Shown: positions 8,294 through 17,525, counted from the first letter of the stretch. The stretch is DNA of 64,000 nt from an uncultured Candidatus Saccharibacteria bacterium (GCA_964363475.1 CAYIII010000001.1:2170-66169); one strand, 5' to 3'. Numbers and translations: made by a program. Notes: generated from the sequence alone by a model not told the origin.

Positions 8294-8596
8294 TGCCGCG
8301 GGGGTGAATCGAACACCCGACGCCAGCCTCTTCCAAGGCTTAGTTTGGACTATCTCATCCCCGTCTAGCGGGGCCGGGCGCTATTTGCAAGATTATTGTT
8401 GGGACTCACTCGCTAGTCTCTACACCTTCCAAAAAACCTTCCGCCTCCGCCGATTAGCAGATGCGGGGCCCTTCTTGGCTTGGCTCGGGATAGCCGCTTA
8501 TCGCGATTCCCCCGAATTCACCCGGTTATTCAATCTGCATTACTGCAGAAGGCCCCAAAGATTTAGGGCTGCGCTCTACCACTGAGCTACCGCGGC
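8294..8596 (-). tRNA. tRNA-Phe(GAA) interrupted by a group I intron
   Basis: Exon 1 8565-8596 GCCGCGGTAGCTCAGTGGTAGAGCGCAGCCCT plus exon 2 8294-8333 GAAGAGGCTGGCGTCGGGTGTTCGATTCACCCCCGCGGCA give a canonical cloverleaf. Confidence 0.92.
8334..8564 (-). ncRNA. Group I intron (231 nt) after U33 of tRNA-Phe
   Basis: P1 GCCCU/GGGGC with U.G, P10 UCUUU/GAAGA, P2 GUAA loop, P3 CCGGGU/GCCCGG, P7 GACUA/UAGUC, P8, terminal G. Confidence 0.9.
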
Positions 8597-8635
8597 CTAT
8601 AACTGTTATAATAACATTATAATTAATAGTCAATT

Positions 8636-9610
8636 ATGAAAATAGCTTTGTTAATTTTGTTAATCGCCGTTGTTTCTACCGCAATTATAATTTTTTGGCC
8701 GCAAGAAAAAATCACGGTGGAAACAATTAATTTGCCGTCAAGCCCGATTACAAAACCGAATCAAATCAAAGAAATCAAAGAGGAGTTGATTAGGGGCGGA
8801 ATTGAAGAAGCCGCGACAACGCAAGAAGAGGTCTTGGAAGAAATTCCGATTAATCTGCAAAGCATTGTCGCCTTGCGTTGTATATATATAAATCCCGATA
8901 CGGGAGACAAAAGAACCGTTTTTGGGTCAGGGGCCATTGTCAGTGAAGACGGCTCTATTCTTACCGCCCGCCACATGGTGGACGCTAAATATATATATAA
9001 AGCAAGCAACGGCAAACAAGGATTTTACGGATATCAACTTAGTCATTGCGATGTTGGTTTTCCAAAGGAAACCGCAACCACGCCGACTGTTCAGCAAATA
9101 AGGTCCATCAATCCATTTATTATCATTGACTTTCTTCCTTATGTGGCTAAAATTGACTTTTTGCCGGATACTTCCGCATTAAGTCCCGCAGAAGAATCTC
9201 TGTTTGATGTTGCCCTGTTAAAAATTACCGATTTATCGGAAGACGCAAAAATTTTTGGCATAACAAAAATACCAGATTCTTTTGCATACAACACTCTTTT
9301 GGGCAATGGGTTGCCGGAAGAAGGAGAAGAGGTAATAACCTTTGGATTCCCCAGCGGAATTCCGGACTACGGGTCTTATTTCCGGCTTCAAGGCAGTGTT
9401 GGACATATTAAAAGAATCTTGGGGGGAGACCAATTTTTTAGAAATAAACCGGTAGAAATAGAAAGTTTGATGGAAACCATTGGAGGCCGCTCCGGCTCCC
9501 CCCTTTTCTGGAAAGGATATGTAATAGGAGTGGTTAGTTTTAAAGAAGACAACAGCATCAACGCTTTTGCTACAAGTATAATTCCTCTAGTTGAGGTCTT
9601 GCCGGAATAA
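8636..9610 (+). CDS. Membrane-anchored trypsin-like serine protease
   Basis: ILTARH (His), DVALLKI (Asp), GGRSGSP (Ser). Confidence 0.85.
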   Translation: MKIALLILLIAVVSTAIIIFWPQEKITVETINLPSSPITKPNQIKEIKEELIRGGIEEAATTQEEVLEEIPINLQSIVALRCIYINPDTGDKRTVFGSGAIVSEDGSILTARHMVDAKYIYKASNGKQGFYGYQLSHCDVGFPKETATTPTVQQIRSINPFIIIDFLPYVAKIDFLPDTSALSPAEESLFDVALLKITDLSEDAKIFGITKIPDSFAYNTLLGNGLPEEGEEVITFGFPSGIPDYGSYFRLQGSVGHIKRILGGDQFFRNKPVEIESLMETIGGRSGSPLFWKGYVIGVVSFKEDNSINAFATSIIPLVEVLPE

Positions 9611-9626
9611 AAAAGGAATTCGTATT

Positions 9627-9878
9627 CTATGCAGACCTTATCCACCTGACACTTTTTACAAGAGCGATGATTGCGATAATACCCCACACAATCTGTATAG
9701 AAAAAGATGGCCACGCTTCTTGATAAAAAGTATTAATGCCAATACCTATTGCTCCAACTAAATTCATTAATTGATAAACTCTGCTACTACTCTGAACGCT
9801 TGTATATGAAACAAGAAAATATGCCAACACAATTAAAAATGCCCCTATCCAACCAACAATTTGTATAAATATTTCCAT
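9627..9878 (-). CDS. Small membrane protein (CBU_0592-like)
   Basis: MEIFIQIVGWIGAFLIVLAY...YQLMNLVGA; start moved downstream of tRNA-Arg. Confidence 0.75.
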   Translation of the reverse strand: MEIFIQIVGWIGAFLIVLAYFLVSYTSVQSSSRVYQLMNLVGAIGIGINTFYQEAWPSFSIQIVWGIIAIIALVKSVRWIRSA

Positions 9879-9884
9879 ATATTG

Positions 9885-9956
9885 CGCCCCCTGCAGGAAT
9901 CGAACCCACATCAATGCCTTAGAAGAGCACTGCTCTGTCCATTGAGCTAAGGGGGC
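9885..9956 (-). tRNA. tRNA-Arg(TCT)
   Basis: GCCCCCT/AGGGGGC acceptor, GTGCT-CTTCTAA-GGCAT, TTCGATT. Confidence 0.95.
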
Positions 9957-10045
9957 GTCTGAAACAAAAATATCTAAATTTGCCACAAAAATCAAATTAA
10001 GATAGCATAATTCTATCAAGAATTCTCTCCTCAAAAAAGCGAGGA

Positions 10046-10116
10046 CGGGGTGTAGTGTAACGGCCGCACGAGTCTTTTGGGAAGATTTAGTCCGGGTTCA
10101 ATTCCCGGCACCCCGA
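10046..10116 (+). tRNA. tRNA-Pro(TGG)
   Basis: CGGGGTG/CACCCCG acceptor, AGTCT-TTTGGGA-AGATT, TTCAATT. Confidence 0.93.
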
Positions 10117-10120
10117 CAGT

Positions 10121-10160
10121 GTTCGACAAGCCCTTCGACGCGGCTCAGGACAAGCTCACT
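10121..10160 (+). repeat. 40-bp REP-like repeat, copy 1
   Basis: gttcgacaagcccttcgacgcggctcaggacaagctcact, 39/40 identical to reverse complement of 41692-41731. Confidence 0.85.
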
Positions 10161-10168
10161 GCAAGCAT

Positions 10169-10459
10169 ATGCAAATCAAACTAAGCAACTTCAACGAAAA
10201 TCCTACCGTTTTTATGCGCTCCTGCGGCTATTCTTTTGACAGGCAAGAAGGTGAAGAGTGGAGTTTTGCGCGCCATCTAAGCAATCAGGACTATCCCCGC
10301 TTCCACACCTACGTCCATCAAGAAAACGACAATTTAATAATCAATCTGCATCTTGACCAAAAAAAACCAAGTTACGGCACAAAATACGCCCACGGCGGAG
10401 AATACGACGGCGATTTAGTCCTGAACGAAAGTGAGCGAATCAAACTCTTCCATCGTTAA
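10169..10459 (+). CDS. Hypothetical protein
   Basis: 96-aa ORF with YPRFH and NLHLDQKKPSY. Confidence 0.7.
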   Translation: MQIKLSNFNENPTVFMRSCGYSFDRQEGEEWSFARHLSNQDYPRFHTYVHQENDNLIINLHLDQKKPSYGTKYAHGGEYDGDLVLNESERIKLFHR

Positions 10460-11014
10460 ATTAAATTTTCTATTAAGATTATTAATGGAATTGGCTTCTT
10501 GATTGATAAGCAGAAGTAATTCTTTCAATCTATCTTCTCTATTTTGTATTTTTCCTTCAAATTTCGCTTTTAACAATTCAAATAATTGGCCCAAATGGTC
10601 GTTATAAGAAATCAAATGATTGATAATGCTTATTTCTTCTCCAACGGCTGAAGTGGCCAAAGCCCTGGCCTTTCTAGGTTTAATCGCTGATAAGGACTTA
10701 GCCATTTGGTCAAGATAATTGGATAATTTTACGGCCTCTCCTCTTGCCTTTTTGTTTCTGTCCAATTCTCGCTGAACCGTGTCAATAGCCGTTTGATAAT
10801 CTCTGCGGCTTTCATTTTGTGAAATTTGCTCTAACGCCTCAAGTGACTCGGCGGATATTTTGACTATATTTTCGGCAATGACTGCGCCCGCTATTCTGGC
10901 TTTTACGAATTCATCGGGCACGAATTTCCCTCCTCCGGCAAATTTATAAACGCCGAAGACAACCATAATCGTTAGAAACACCGAGACAAAAGCTATTTTG
11001 AACTTGTCTGACAT
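10415..11014 (-). CDS. Hypothetical membrane-anchored helical protein
   Basis: N-terminal TM then coiled coil. Confidence 0.7.
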   Translation of the reverse strand: MSDKFKIAFVSVFLTIMVVFGVYKFAGGGKFVPDEFVKARIAGAVIAENIVKISAESLEALEQISQNESRRDYQTAIDTVQRELDRNKKARGEAVKLSNYLDQMAKSLSAIKPRKARALATSAVGEEISIINHLISYNDHLGQLFELLKAKFEGKIQNREDRLKELLLLINQEANSINNLNRKFNLTMEEFDSLTFVQD

Positions 11015-11079
11015 TACAGTATATATTTATCAATTCTAGACAAAAAAGCAACAAAAGCCCTATAATCAGAAATTGCAAT

Positions 11080-11796
11080 ATGACAACCATTCTCTTCGGT
11101 CTTACAGCCACGCTATTCACTGTTTTAGGAGGTTTATTTGCCCTAAGATTCAAAGACAAGTTGCATTTAATATTGGGCTTCAGCGCTGGGGCGGTTTTAG
11201 GAGTGGCTTTTTTTGATTTACTGCCCGAAGCGATTGAATTATCAAGCAGTCAATATAACATTGGTTTTGTAACCGCCGTCGTAGCTTTGGGCTTTGTTAT
11301 TTTTATGATACTGGACCGGCTAATCGCCATTCATCCTCACGACGAGGAACCGCATCATAATCATCGTGGCAAACTTGGAGCCGGCAGTATGGCAATTCAC
11401 AGTTTTTTAGATGGATTGGCAATCGGCATAGCGTTTCAAGTGTCATCGGCCGTAGGACTTGTCGTGGCTATGGCGGTTTTAGTCCACGATTTTTCTGACG
11501 GCATTAATACGGTTGGTTTTATCATTAAAAATAAAGGCACATCTAAGCAGGCCTTAGGTTGGCTAGCATTAGACGCCATCGCTCCCACACTAGGAGCTTT
11601 TTCAACCCTGTTTTTTTCTCTTACTGAAACTACGCTGGGTTTAGCGCTGGCAATTTTCTGCGGTTTCTTTTTATATATTGGAGCCAGCGACCTTTTGCCG
11701 GAAAGCTATCATCATCACCCCACGCTCTGGACAACCACTATGACTATTTTGGGCGTACTAGTTCTTTTTGCGGTCATTAAGCTTGCGGGTTTGTAA
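11080..11796 (+). CDS. ZIP family metal transporter
   Basis: LLPEA, His-rich loop, HSFLDG, HDFSDG. Confidence 0.92.
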   Translation: MTTILFGLTATLFTVLGGLFALRFKDKLHLILGFSAGAVLGVAFFDLLPEAIELSSSQYNIGFVTAVVALGFVIFMILDRLIAIHPHDEEPHHNHRGKLGAGSMAIHSFLDGLAIGIAFQVSSAVGLVVAMAVLVHDFSDGINTVGFIIKNKGTSKQALGWLALDAIAPTLGAFSTLFFSLTETTLGLALAIFCGFFLYIGASDLLPESYHHHPTLWTTTMTILGVLVLFAVIKLAGL

Positions 11797-11820
11797 AAAA
11801 ATAGCCATAATAATCTTATA

Positions 11821-11979
11821 ATGAATAAATTAGTTGTGGCCGCGGCATTATTGGCAATGTTGGCAGTAACCGTTTATATATATTACTTCAACGTTGAGTC
11901 GCCCCTCCCGACTTCGGTGGAATCGCTGGAAGGACTGCCGGAGGAACTTGACTCTTTGCTAAACGAACAGGGTAACTAA
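11821..11979 (+). CDS. Small membrane protein (52 aa, below ORF-track cutoff)
   Basis: MNKLVVAAALLAMLAVTVYIYYFNVESPLP...NEQGN*; fills the gap upstream of the ECF sigma gene. Confidence 0.55.
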   Translation: MNKLVVAAALLAMLAVTVYIYYFNVESPLPTSVESLEGLPEELDSLLNEQGN

Positions 11980-12000
11980 CCTTAATTCCGTTCGTTCTAT

Positions 12001-12537
12001 ATGCTAGAAGAGGAAGATAAATTAATAAAAAAAGCGCAAAAAGGCGAAGCGGAGTCATTTGGCATATTATACGACCATTACTCCAGCCCAATTTATCGGT
12101 TTATATTTCTTAAAGTAAATAATAAATCGTTAGCCGAAGATTTATTCCACGAAGTATTTCTTAGCGCTTGGCAGAACATTAATAATTACAGCCACAAAGG
12201 ATTCCCCTTCTCAAGCTGGCTTTATCAAATAGCGCGAAATAGGGTTATAGATTATTACCGCACCAAAAAGGACTTTACCGAAATCAGCGACGAGGAGGAC
12301 CGCTTTATAACTTTAACCGCTGAAAATGTGATTGACCACAGCTTGAATATGGAAAAAATTAAGGGAGCGCTAGACCAGCTATCCGAAGAGCAGAGCAATG
12401 TCATCATCTTGAGATTTATCAATGATTTATCGCCTGCTGAAATTGCCCTGGTTTTGAATAAAAGCGAAGGCGCGGTACGGCTGATGCAACATAGAGCCAT
12501 AGCAAATTTGAAAAAAATATTAAACAAAAAATTATGA
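12001..12537 (+). CDS. ECF RNA polymerase sigma factor
   Basis: AEDL..EVF, FSSWLYQIARN, region 4 EIA..LNKSEGAVR. Confidence 0.93.
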   Translation: MLEEEDKLIKKAQKGEAESFGILYDHYSSPIYRFIFLKVNNKSLAEDLFHEVFLSAWQNINNYSHKGFPFSSWLYQIARNRVIDYYRTKKDFTEISDEEDRFITLTAENVIDHSLNMEKIKGALDQLSEEQSNVIILRFINDLSPAEIALVLNKSEGAVRLMQHRAIANLKKILNKKL

Positions 12538-12968
12538 GCTACGATTATCTGCTGGAATATTTAAAATCTCTAAAATCCATCAATCCTGATAGTGATTTTT
12601 TGTCGCGTTCCCGCAATTTAATTTTAAACCAACCCAAAAGGCCTGCTTATGTTTTTCATGTTAGAAATCAATTTTTAAATGTATTTAAATTTTCCTTGGC
12701 CATTGGCCTGTCATTGATTATGTTTTTGTCTTTGAGCGGCAAACTGTTCCCTAAAAATAATATCTTCGTCGCCAGTTTAAATAATAAAAATTTGATTAAG
12801 GAAAGCTTAAAGGCGGATATCAACATCCAATTGGCGGAAGTTAAATATTACAAAGAAACAAGCGCCCAGGTAACTTGGGCTTTAAGCGAAATCATTAACA
12901 ATGAAAATAACGCCGCAATTACCCGCTTGTTAAAAGAAAAAGCGCGCGAAAATGATGAGAATCCTTAA
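12534..12968 (+). CDS. Putative anti-sigma membrane protein
   Basis: Overlaps ECF sigma gene, single TM. Confidence 0.55.
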   Translation: MSYDYLLEYLKSLKSINPDSDFLSRSRNLILNQPKRPAYVFHVRNQFLNVFKFSLAIGLSLIMFLSLSGKLFPKNNIFVASLNNKNLIKESLKADINIQLAEVKYYKETSAQVTWALSEIINNENNAAITRLLKEKARENDENP

Positions 12969-13713
12969 TGCTATATTTATCCTTTTTCTCCTCGTTATAG
13001 GGCCGACCGTTCACGCAAAAAGTTTAAAACCCGCTCTTAATGACGTAATAGAAAGCTTGGAGCAATTAATCGCTATTAAAAATAGCGAAAATTATTTGTC
13101 GTCGGATGAAAAAGCCAATATAGAGGTTGAGGCAAGAAAAACCGCCCTAAATAAAATTCTTGAATTGTCCATAGAAGAAGTAAAAAATCTGAAAGATAAA
13201 TTGGAGCAATTTGACGATTTTTCCAGCGAAGAAATCGGCTTATTGAATCAAAACCACATAAACGCCCTCTCTGATTACGAATCCTACTACGAATCAATCC
13301 GTCAACAAGTTAATCAAAATATCGGCCTAAGCGAGGTTGTAGATTTAGCGCGAAAGTTAAAAAGTTGGCGAGAAAATAATTATCATAAAAAAATTAATAA
13401 AATAGCCAGCTTTGTTTTAGTTTTTCAAAATCAAGAAACGCTAAAAACGGCGGAAAATAGGTTAAATAAAATACTTAGGGACTCTAAAGCCATTAAAAGC
13501 TTGGTAAAAACAACGAAGTGGGGTGAAGTTGATAAGCTGTTAGAAGTAGCGGAAAAATTAATTAAAGAAGCCAAAAAAATTAATAATGACGCGCAAAATT
13601 TCTCTTTGGACTTGGAAACAGAATCTCTTATTAAAAAAGCAACGCAGAATATCATTGAGGCATATCAAGGATTTATAACTCTCGGTAAATTAGTAAATAA
13701 TAATCCTCGCTAA
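12952..13713 (+). CDS. Hypothetical secreted helical protein
   Basis: Signal peptide (VHA|K), coiled coil. Confidence 0.7.
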   Translation: MMRILNAIFILFLLVIGPTVHAKSLKPALNDVIESLEQLIAIKNSENYLSSDEKANIEVEARKTALNKILELSIEEVKNLKDKLEQFDDFSSEEIGLLNQNHINALSDYESYYESIRQQVNQNIGLSEVVDLARKLKSWRENNYHKKINKIASFVLVFQNQETLKTAENRLNKILRDSKAIKSLVKTTKWGEVDKLLEVAEKLIKEAKKINNDAQNFSLDLETESLIKKATQNIIEAYQGFITLGKLVNNNPR

Positions 13714-13736
13714 TTAGCGAGGATTATTATTTACTA
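13691..13736. terminator. Perfect 46-bp palindrome between convergent genes, probable bidirectional terminator
   Basis: tagtaaataataatcctcgctaa|ttagcgaggattattatttacta. Confidence 0.7.
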
Positions 13737-13754
13737 TCAAATTAATACTAATAA

Positions 13755-14030
13755 TTATTTAACGGCTTCTTTAAAAAGCTTTCCTGCTCTAAATTTTGGC
13801 TTGGTTGAAGCGCCGATTTTAATCTTTTCTCCCGTTTTAGGATTAACGCCCATTCTTTCAGCTCTTTTAACCACCTTAAAGGTGCCGAATCCCGGAAAAG
13901 AGACCTCACCTCCGCTGGCTAATGTCTTCAAAATTAAATCTAAAAATGCGTCCACCGCTTCTACCGCCTTTTTCTTGCTTTCTAAACCTATAGCGGTCAT
14001 AAACGATTGAGCAAACTCAACTTTTTTCAT
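13755..14030 (-). CDS. hup: DNA-binding protein HU
   Basis: GFGTF, GVNPKTGE, PKFRAGK. Confidence 0.95.
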   Translation of the reverse strand: MKKVEFAQSFMTAIGLESKKKAVEAVDAFLDLILKTLASGGEVSFPGFGTFKVVKRAERMGVNPKTGEKIKIGASTKPKFRAGKLFKEAVK

Positions 14031-14090
14031 AATAAATATACTACTTTTTATTAACGACCTTTCTTTTTCTTAAATTTAATAATATAGCAT

Positions 14091-15614
14091 TTACCTAGCA
14101 AATTCAACCGCTCTAACCTCCCTAATGATATTAACCTTAATTTCGCCCGGGTACTTAAGTTCTGATTGAATCTTGCCGGCAATGTCTTTAGCTAATTGCA
14201 GAGCGCCAAAGTCATCAACTTTTTCTGGAATGACAAATACCCTGATTTCTCTGCCGGCAGAAATGGCATAAGCGCTTTTGACACCTTCAAAGCCAGTGGC
14301 AATTTTTTCTAAATCCCCCAAACGCTTCAAGTAACTTTCCGCACTATCACGCCTCGCTCCGGGCCTTGCCCCAGACAAAACATCAGCGGCGGTAACAATA
14401 AAGGCCTCGGGAATGGCGTAAGGATATTCATCATGGTGGGCCTCCATTGCTTTAATGACTAAATCATTAACTCCGTATTTTTTAAGCATTTTTCTTCCCA
14501 ATTCAACATGCGTTCCGGGAACTTCATGGTCAATTGCCTTGCCAAGGTCATGAAGCAAGGCGCCTTTTTTGGTAACCTCAACATTCAATCCCAACTCTGT
14601 CGCCATCATGCCGGCAATGTGCGCCATTTCAACGGAATGAGCCAGAACATTCTGGCCGTAACTTGTGCGAAAATGTAATCTGCCAAGCACCTGTAAAATT
14701 TCCTTGGGCAAGTCAACTATGCCCAACTCATAAGCTGCCGCCTCCCCGTATTCCTGAATTTTTTTATTTAATTCTTGACGGGCCTCTTCCACCTTCTCTT
14801 CTATTTTGGCCGGTTGAATGCGCCCGTCCTTAATTAACTTTTCCAAAGACATTCGGGTCAGCTCTCTTCTCATACCGTCAAAAGACGAAATAACTATGGT
14901 CTCTGGGCTTTCATCAACAATAATTTCCGTACCGGTTAATCTTTCCAATGCCCTGATGTTGCGGCCTTCTCTTCCGATAATTTTCCCTTTCAAATCTTCG
15001 TTGGGAAGCGTAAAAACGCTTGTGCTTAATTCTGAAACGCTGGCGCGGGCATAACGTTGAAGAGCCGTAGTTATAATTTCCGCGCTTTTCTTTTCAATTT
15101 CATCTCTGCGGTCTCTTTCCATCTTTTGTATGGTAAGAGCCAAGTCCCTTTTATATTCCTCCTGCAATTGGTCAAAAAGCCGCTGTTTCGCCTCCGCCGC
15201 CGTTAAACCGGCTATTCTCTCCAAACTGTCCGAGGCCTGCTTTCTCAACTTCTCAATCTCGCTTTTCTCAAACTGAAAATCAGCTAATTTTTTATTTAAT
15301 TGCCCTTCTTTGGATAAAAAGTCCCTATTTTGATGCTCTAAAAATTCTTCTTTCTTAAGAAGACGCTCTTCAATTTTGTTAAGCTGGCCCTTTCGCTCTC
15401 TTTCTTCTTTTTGAACTTCCTCAAGAAGAGCGGTGGATTTCTCTTTGGCGTTCGAAACTAGCTCTCTGGCTTCATTTTTGGCCTCTTCAACTTGAACTTT
15501 AAGCTTCTGCTCTAAAGAGTTTGCCTGGCGAGCGGAAAACAGTTGTCGAACAAAATACCCGACAATGGCGCCCAACAACAAGACGCCCCCCAGTAATAGT
15601 AGGATTGAATTCAT
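14091..15614 (-). CDS. rny: Ribonuclease Y
   Basis: TM, coiled coil, KH (IIGREGRNI), HD (LLHDLGK). Confidence 0.97.
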   Translation of the reverse strand: MNSILLLLGGVLLLGAIVGYFVRQLFSARQANSLEQKLKVQVEEAKNEARELVSNAKEKSTALLEEVQKEERERKGQLNKIEERLLKKEEFLEHQNRDFLSKEGQLNKKLADFQFEKSEIEKLRKQASDSLERIAGLTAAEAKQRLFDQLQEEYKRDLALTIQKMERDRRDEIEKKSAEIITTALQRYARASVSELSTSVFTLPNEDLKGKIIGREGRNIRALERLTGTEIIVDESPETIVISSFDGMRRELTRMSLEKLIKDGRIQPAKIEEKVEEARQELNKKIQEYGEAAAYELGIVDLPKEILQVLGRLHFRTSYGQNVLAHSVEMAHIAGMMATELGLNVEVTKKGALLHDLGKAIDHEVPGTHVELGRKMLKKYGVNDLVIKAMEAHHDEYPYAIPEAFIVTAADVLSGARPGARRDSAESYLKRLGDLEKIATGFEGVKSAYAISAGREIRVFVIPEKVDDFGALQLAKDIAGKIQSELKYPGEIKVNIIREVRAVEFAR

Positions 15615-15681
15615 AAATAAAATTATTTATATTGGTTAACATTCGATTTGTTTAGCTATATTATACTACAATAATAATTGT

Positions 15682-17226
15682 ATGTCAAAAAGAACCGTTG
15701 TATTGATTGTGCTTGATGGCTGGGGAATCGGCTATGATAATTTTACCAATCCGATTTATATCGCCAATCTTGAGAACATAAACCACATAAAAAGCAATTA
15801 TTTAACCGGATCGCTTCAGGCGTCGGGAATTGCAGTTGGTCTTCCGTGGGGAGAAGAGGGAAACAGTGAAACGGGACATTTAACAATTGGGGCGGGCAAG
15901 GTAATTTACCAGCATTTCCCTCGCATTACCTTATCCATTCGCGACGGCAGTTTTTTTCAAAACAAAGTTTTACTGGAAGCTCTGAATCACGCCGTAAAGA
16001 ATCAATCAGCGGTCAATTTAGTGGGAGTTTTAGCCGAAGGAAATATTCATTCGTCATTAGAACATTTACTGACTTTGATTGAGTTTTCCCAAAAAATCGG
16101 GGCTAAGAAAATTAATCTTCATTTATTCAGCGATGACAAAGACAGCGCTCCAAAGTCCATTCTTAAATTGTTGGAAATAATATCAGACAAGCAAGCTAAA
16201 TTAGCCACTCTGTCGGGGAAATATTATGCCATGGACAGAGACCATCACTGGGAAAGAACAAATCAGGCCTATGACGCATTATTAGGAAAAGGAACGCCTG
16301 TTGCGGACATTAAAGAACATATTAATAATCAATACAAAAGGGACTTAACGGATGAATATCTGGAGCCAACTATCGTGGGACCGGAAATCAATTCAATTAA
16401 AGACAATGATTCCGTAATTTTCTTTAATTATAGGGAAGACAGCATCCGCCAAATCGTATCGCCTTTCGCGCTGAAAGATTTTAAGGAATTTCCGATAACG
16501 CCTCTAAAAAATATTTATTTGGCGACTATGACTCAATATTCCGATAAATTTGACGCCAATGTGATGTTTCCGCCGGAAAAAATTGAAAATTCGTTGGGAG
16601 TTGTATTAGCGGAAAATAATAAACTACAACTCCGAATCGCGGAAACGGAAAAATACGCTCATGTAACTTATTTCTTTAATGGCTTGAAAGATGTGCTGTT
16701 AAAAAATGAATATAGAATTTTAGTGCCTTCCAGAAATTTAGCCCGCCACGACGAACACCCCGAAATGATGGCTGAAGAAGTAAGCAATCGCGTAATGCAA
16801 GCCATAGAAGATGGCGACATTGACTTTATATTGGCAAACTTTGCCAATGCCGACATTATTGCCCATACGGGCAACTTTGACGCCACCGTTAAGGCCGTCA
16901 AGGTGATTGACTTGGAAATAGGAAAAATAATTAAAACTGCTTTAGCGCGCGATGGCATCGTTATGATAACTTCCGACCACGGAAACGCGGAACAAATGAT
17001 AAGCCCCTTAACAGGCCTGCCGGAAACCAAACACGACCCTAATCTGGTGCCCGTTTACTTGGTGGGAAAAGAATTCGTAAAAATAAAAAATAAGTCCGAA
17101 ATTTCAAGAATAGAAAATGAAGCGGTGGGAATATTGAGCGACATAGCGCCAACTGTTTTAGAATTACTGAAAATAGCAAAACCTGCGGAAATGAGTGGCG
17201 AAAGTCTTATCGGAAGATTAGAATAA
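15682..17226 (+). CDS. gpmI: 2,3-BPG-independent phosphoglycerate mutase
   Basis: LDGWG, GNSETGH, AETEKYAHVT, SDHGNAE. Confidence 0.97.
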   Translation: MSKRTVVLIVLDGWGIGYDNFTNPIYIANLENINHIKSNYLTGSLQASGIAVGLPWGEEGNSETGHLTIGAGKVIYQHFPRITLSIRDGSFFQNKVLLEALNHAVKNQSAVNLVGVLAEGNIHSSLEHLLTLIEFSQKIGAKKINLHLFSDDKDSAPKSILKLLEIISDKQAKLATLSGKYYAMDRDHHWERTNQAYDALLGKGTPVADIKEHINNQYKRDLTDEYLEPTIVGPEINSIKDNDSVIFFNYREDSIRQIVSPFALKDFKEFPITPLKNIYLATMTQYSDKFDANVMFPPEKIENSLGVVLAENNKLQLRIAETEKYAHVTYFFNGLKDVLLKNEYRILVPSRNLARHDEHPEMMAEEVSNRVMQAIEDGDIDFILANFANADIIAHTGNFDATVKAVKVIDLEIGKIIKTALARDGIVMITSDHGNAEQMISPLTGLPETKHDPNLVPVYLVGKEFVKIKNKSEISRIENEAVGILSDIAPTVLELLKIAKPAEMSGESLIGRLE

Positions 17227-17470
17227 TCAATTTTTAATTATATTGGAACTTGGTGCTTGAGATTTTATTAGGTTAATTAGAGTAATTAGAAATTAGAAAT
17301 TAACCTAATTAATCTAATAAAACCCCAAATCTCAATAACCAAATCCCAATAAAATCTTAAAATCACAAATCCCAACATTGGACCTTGGGGTTTGGGGCTT
17401 TGTTGGGATTTGGAACTTGGTGCTTGAGATTTTATTAGGTTAATTAGAGTAATTAGAAATTAGAAATTTT
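17225..17470. repeat. Complex heptamer-based repeat region with a 59-bp direct repeat
   Basis: 17243-17301 identical to 17410-17468; inverted atcccaa / ttgggat heptamer runs between them. Confidence 0.85.
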
Positions 17471-17525
17471 GTAAGGTGGACATTTATTTGACCAAAACGT
17501 CAAATTACCTTAAAATATCGGTTCA

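Noticed and set aside
8274-8585. 103-aa + strand ORF
   Set aside because: Antisense to tRNA-Phe and its intron; no protein features
9879-10034. N-terminal extension of ORF 9627-10034
   Set aside because: Runs through tRNA-Arg; the real start is probably ATG at 9878
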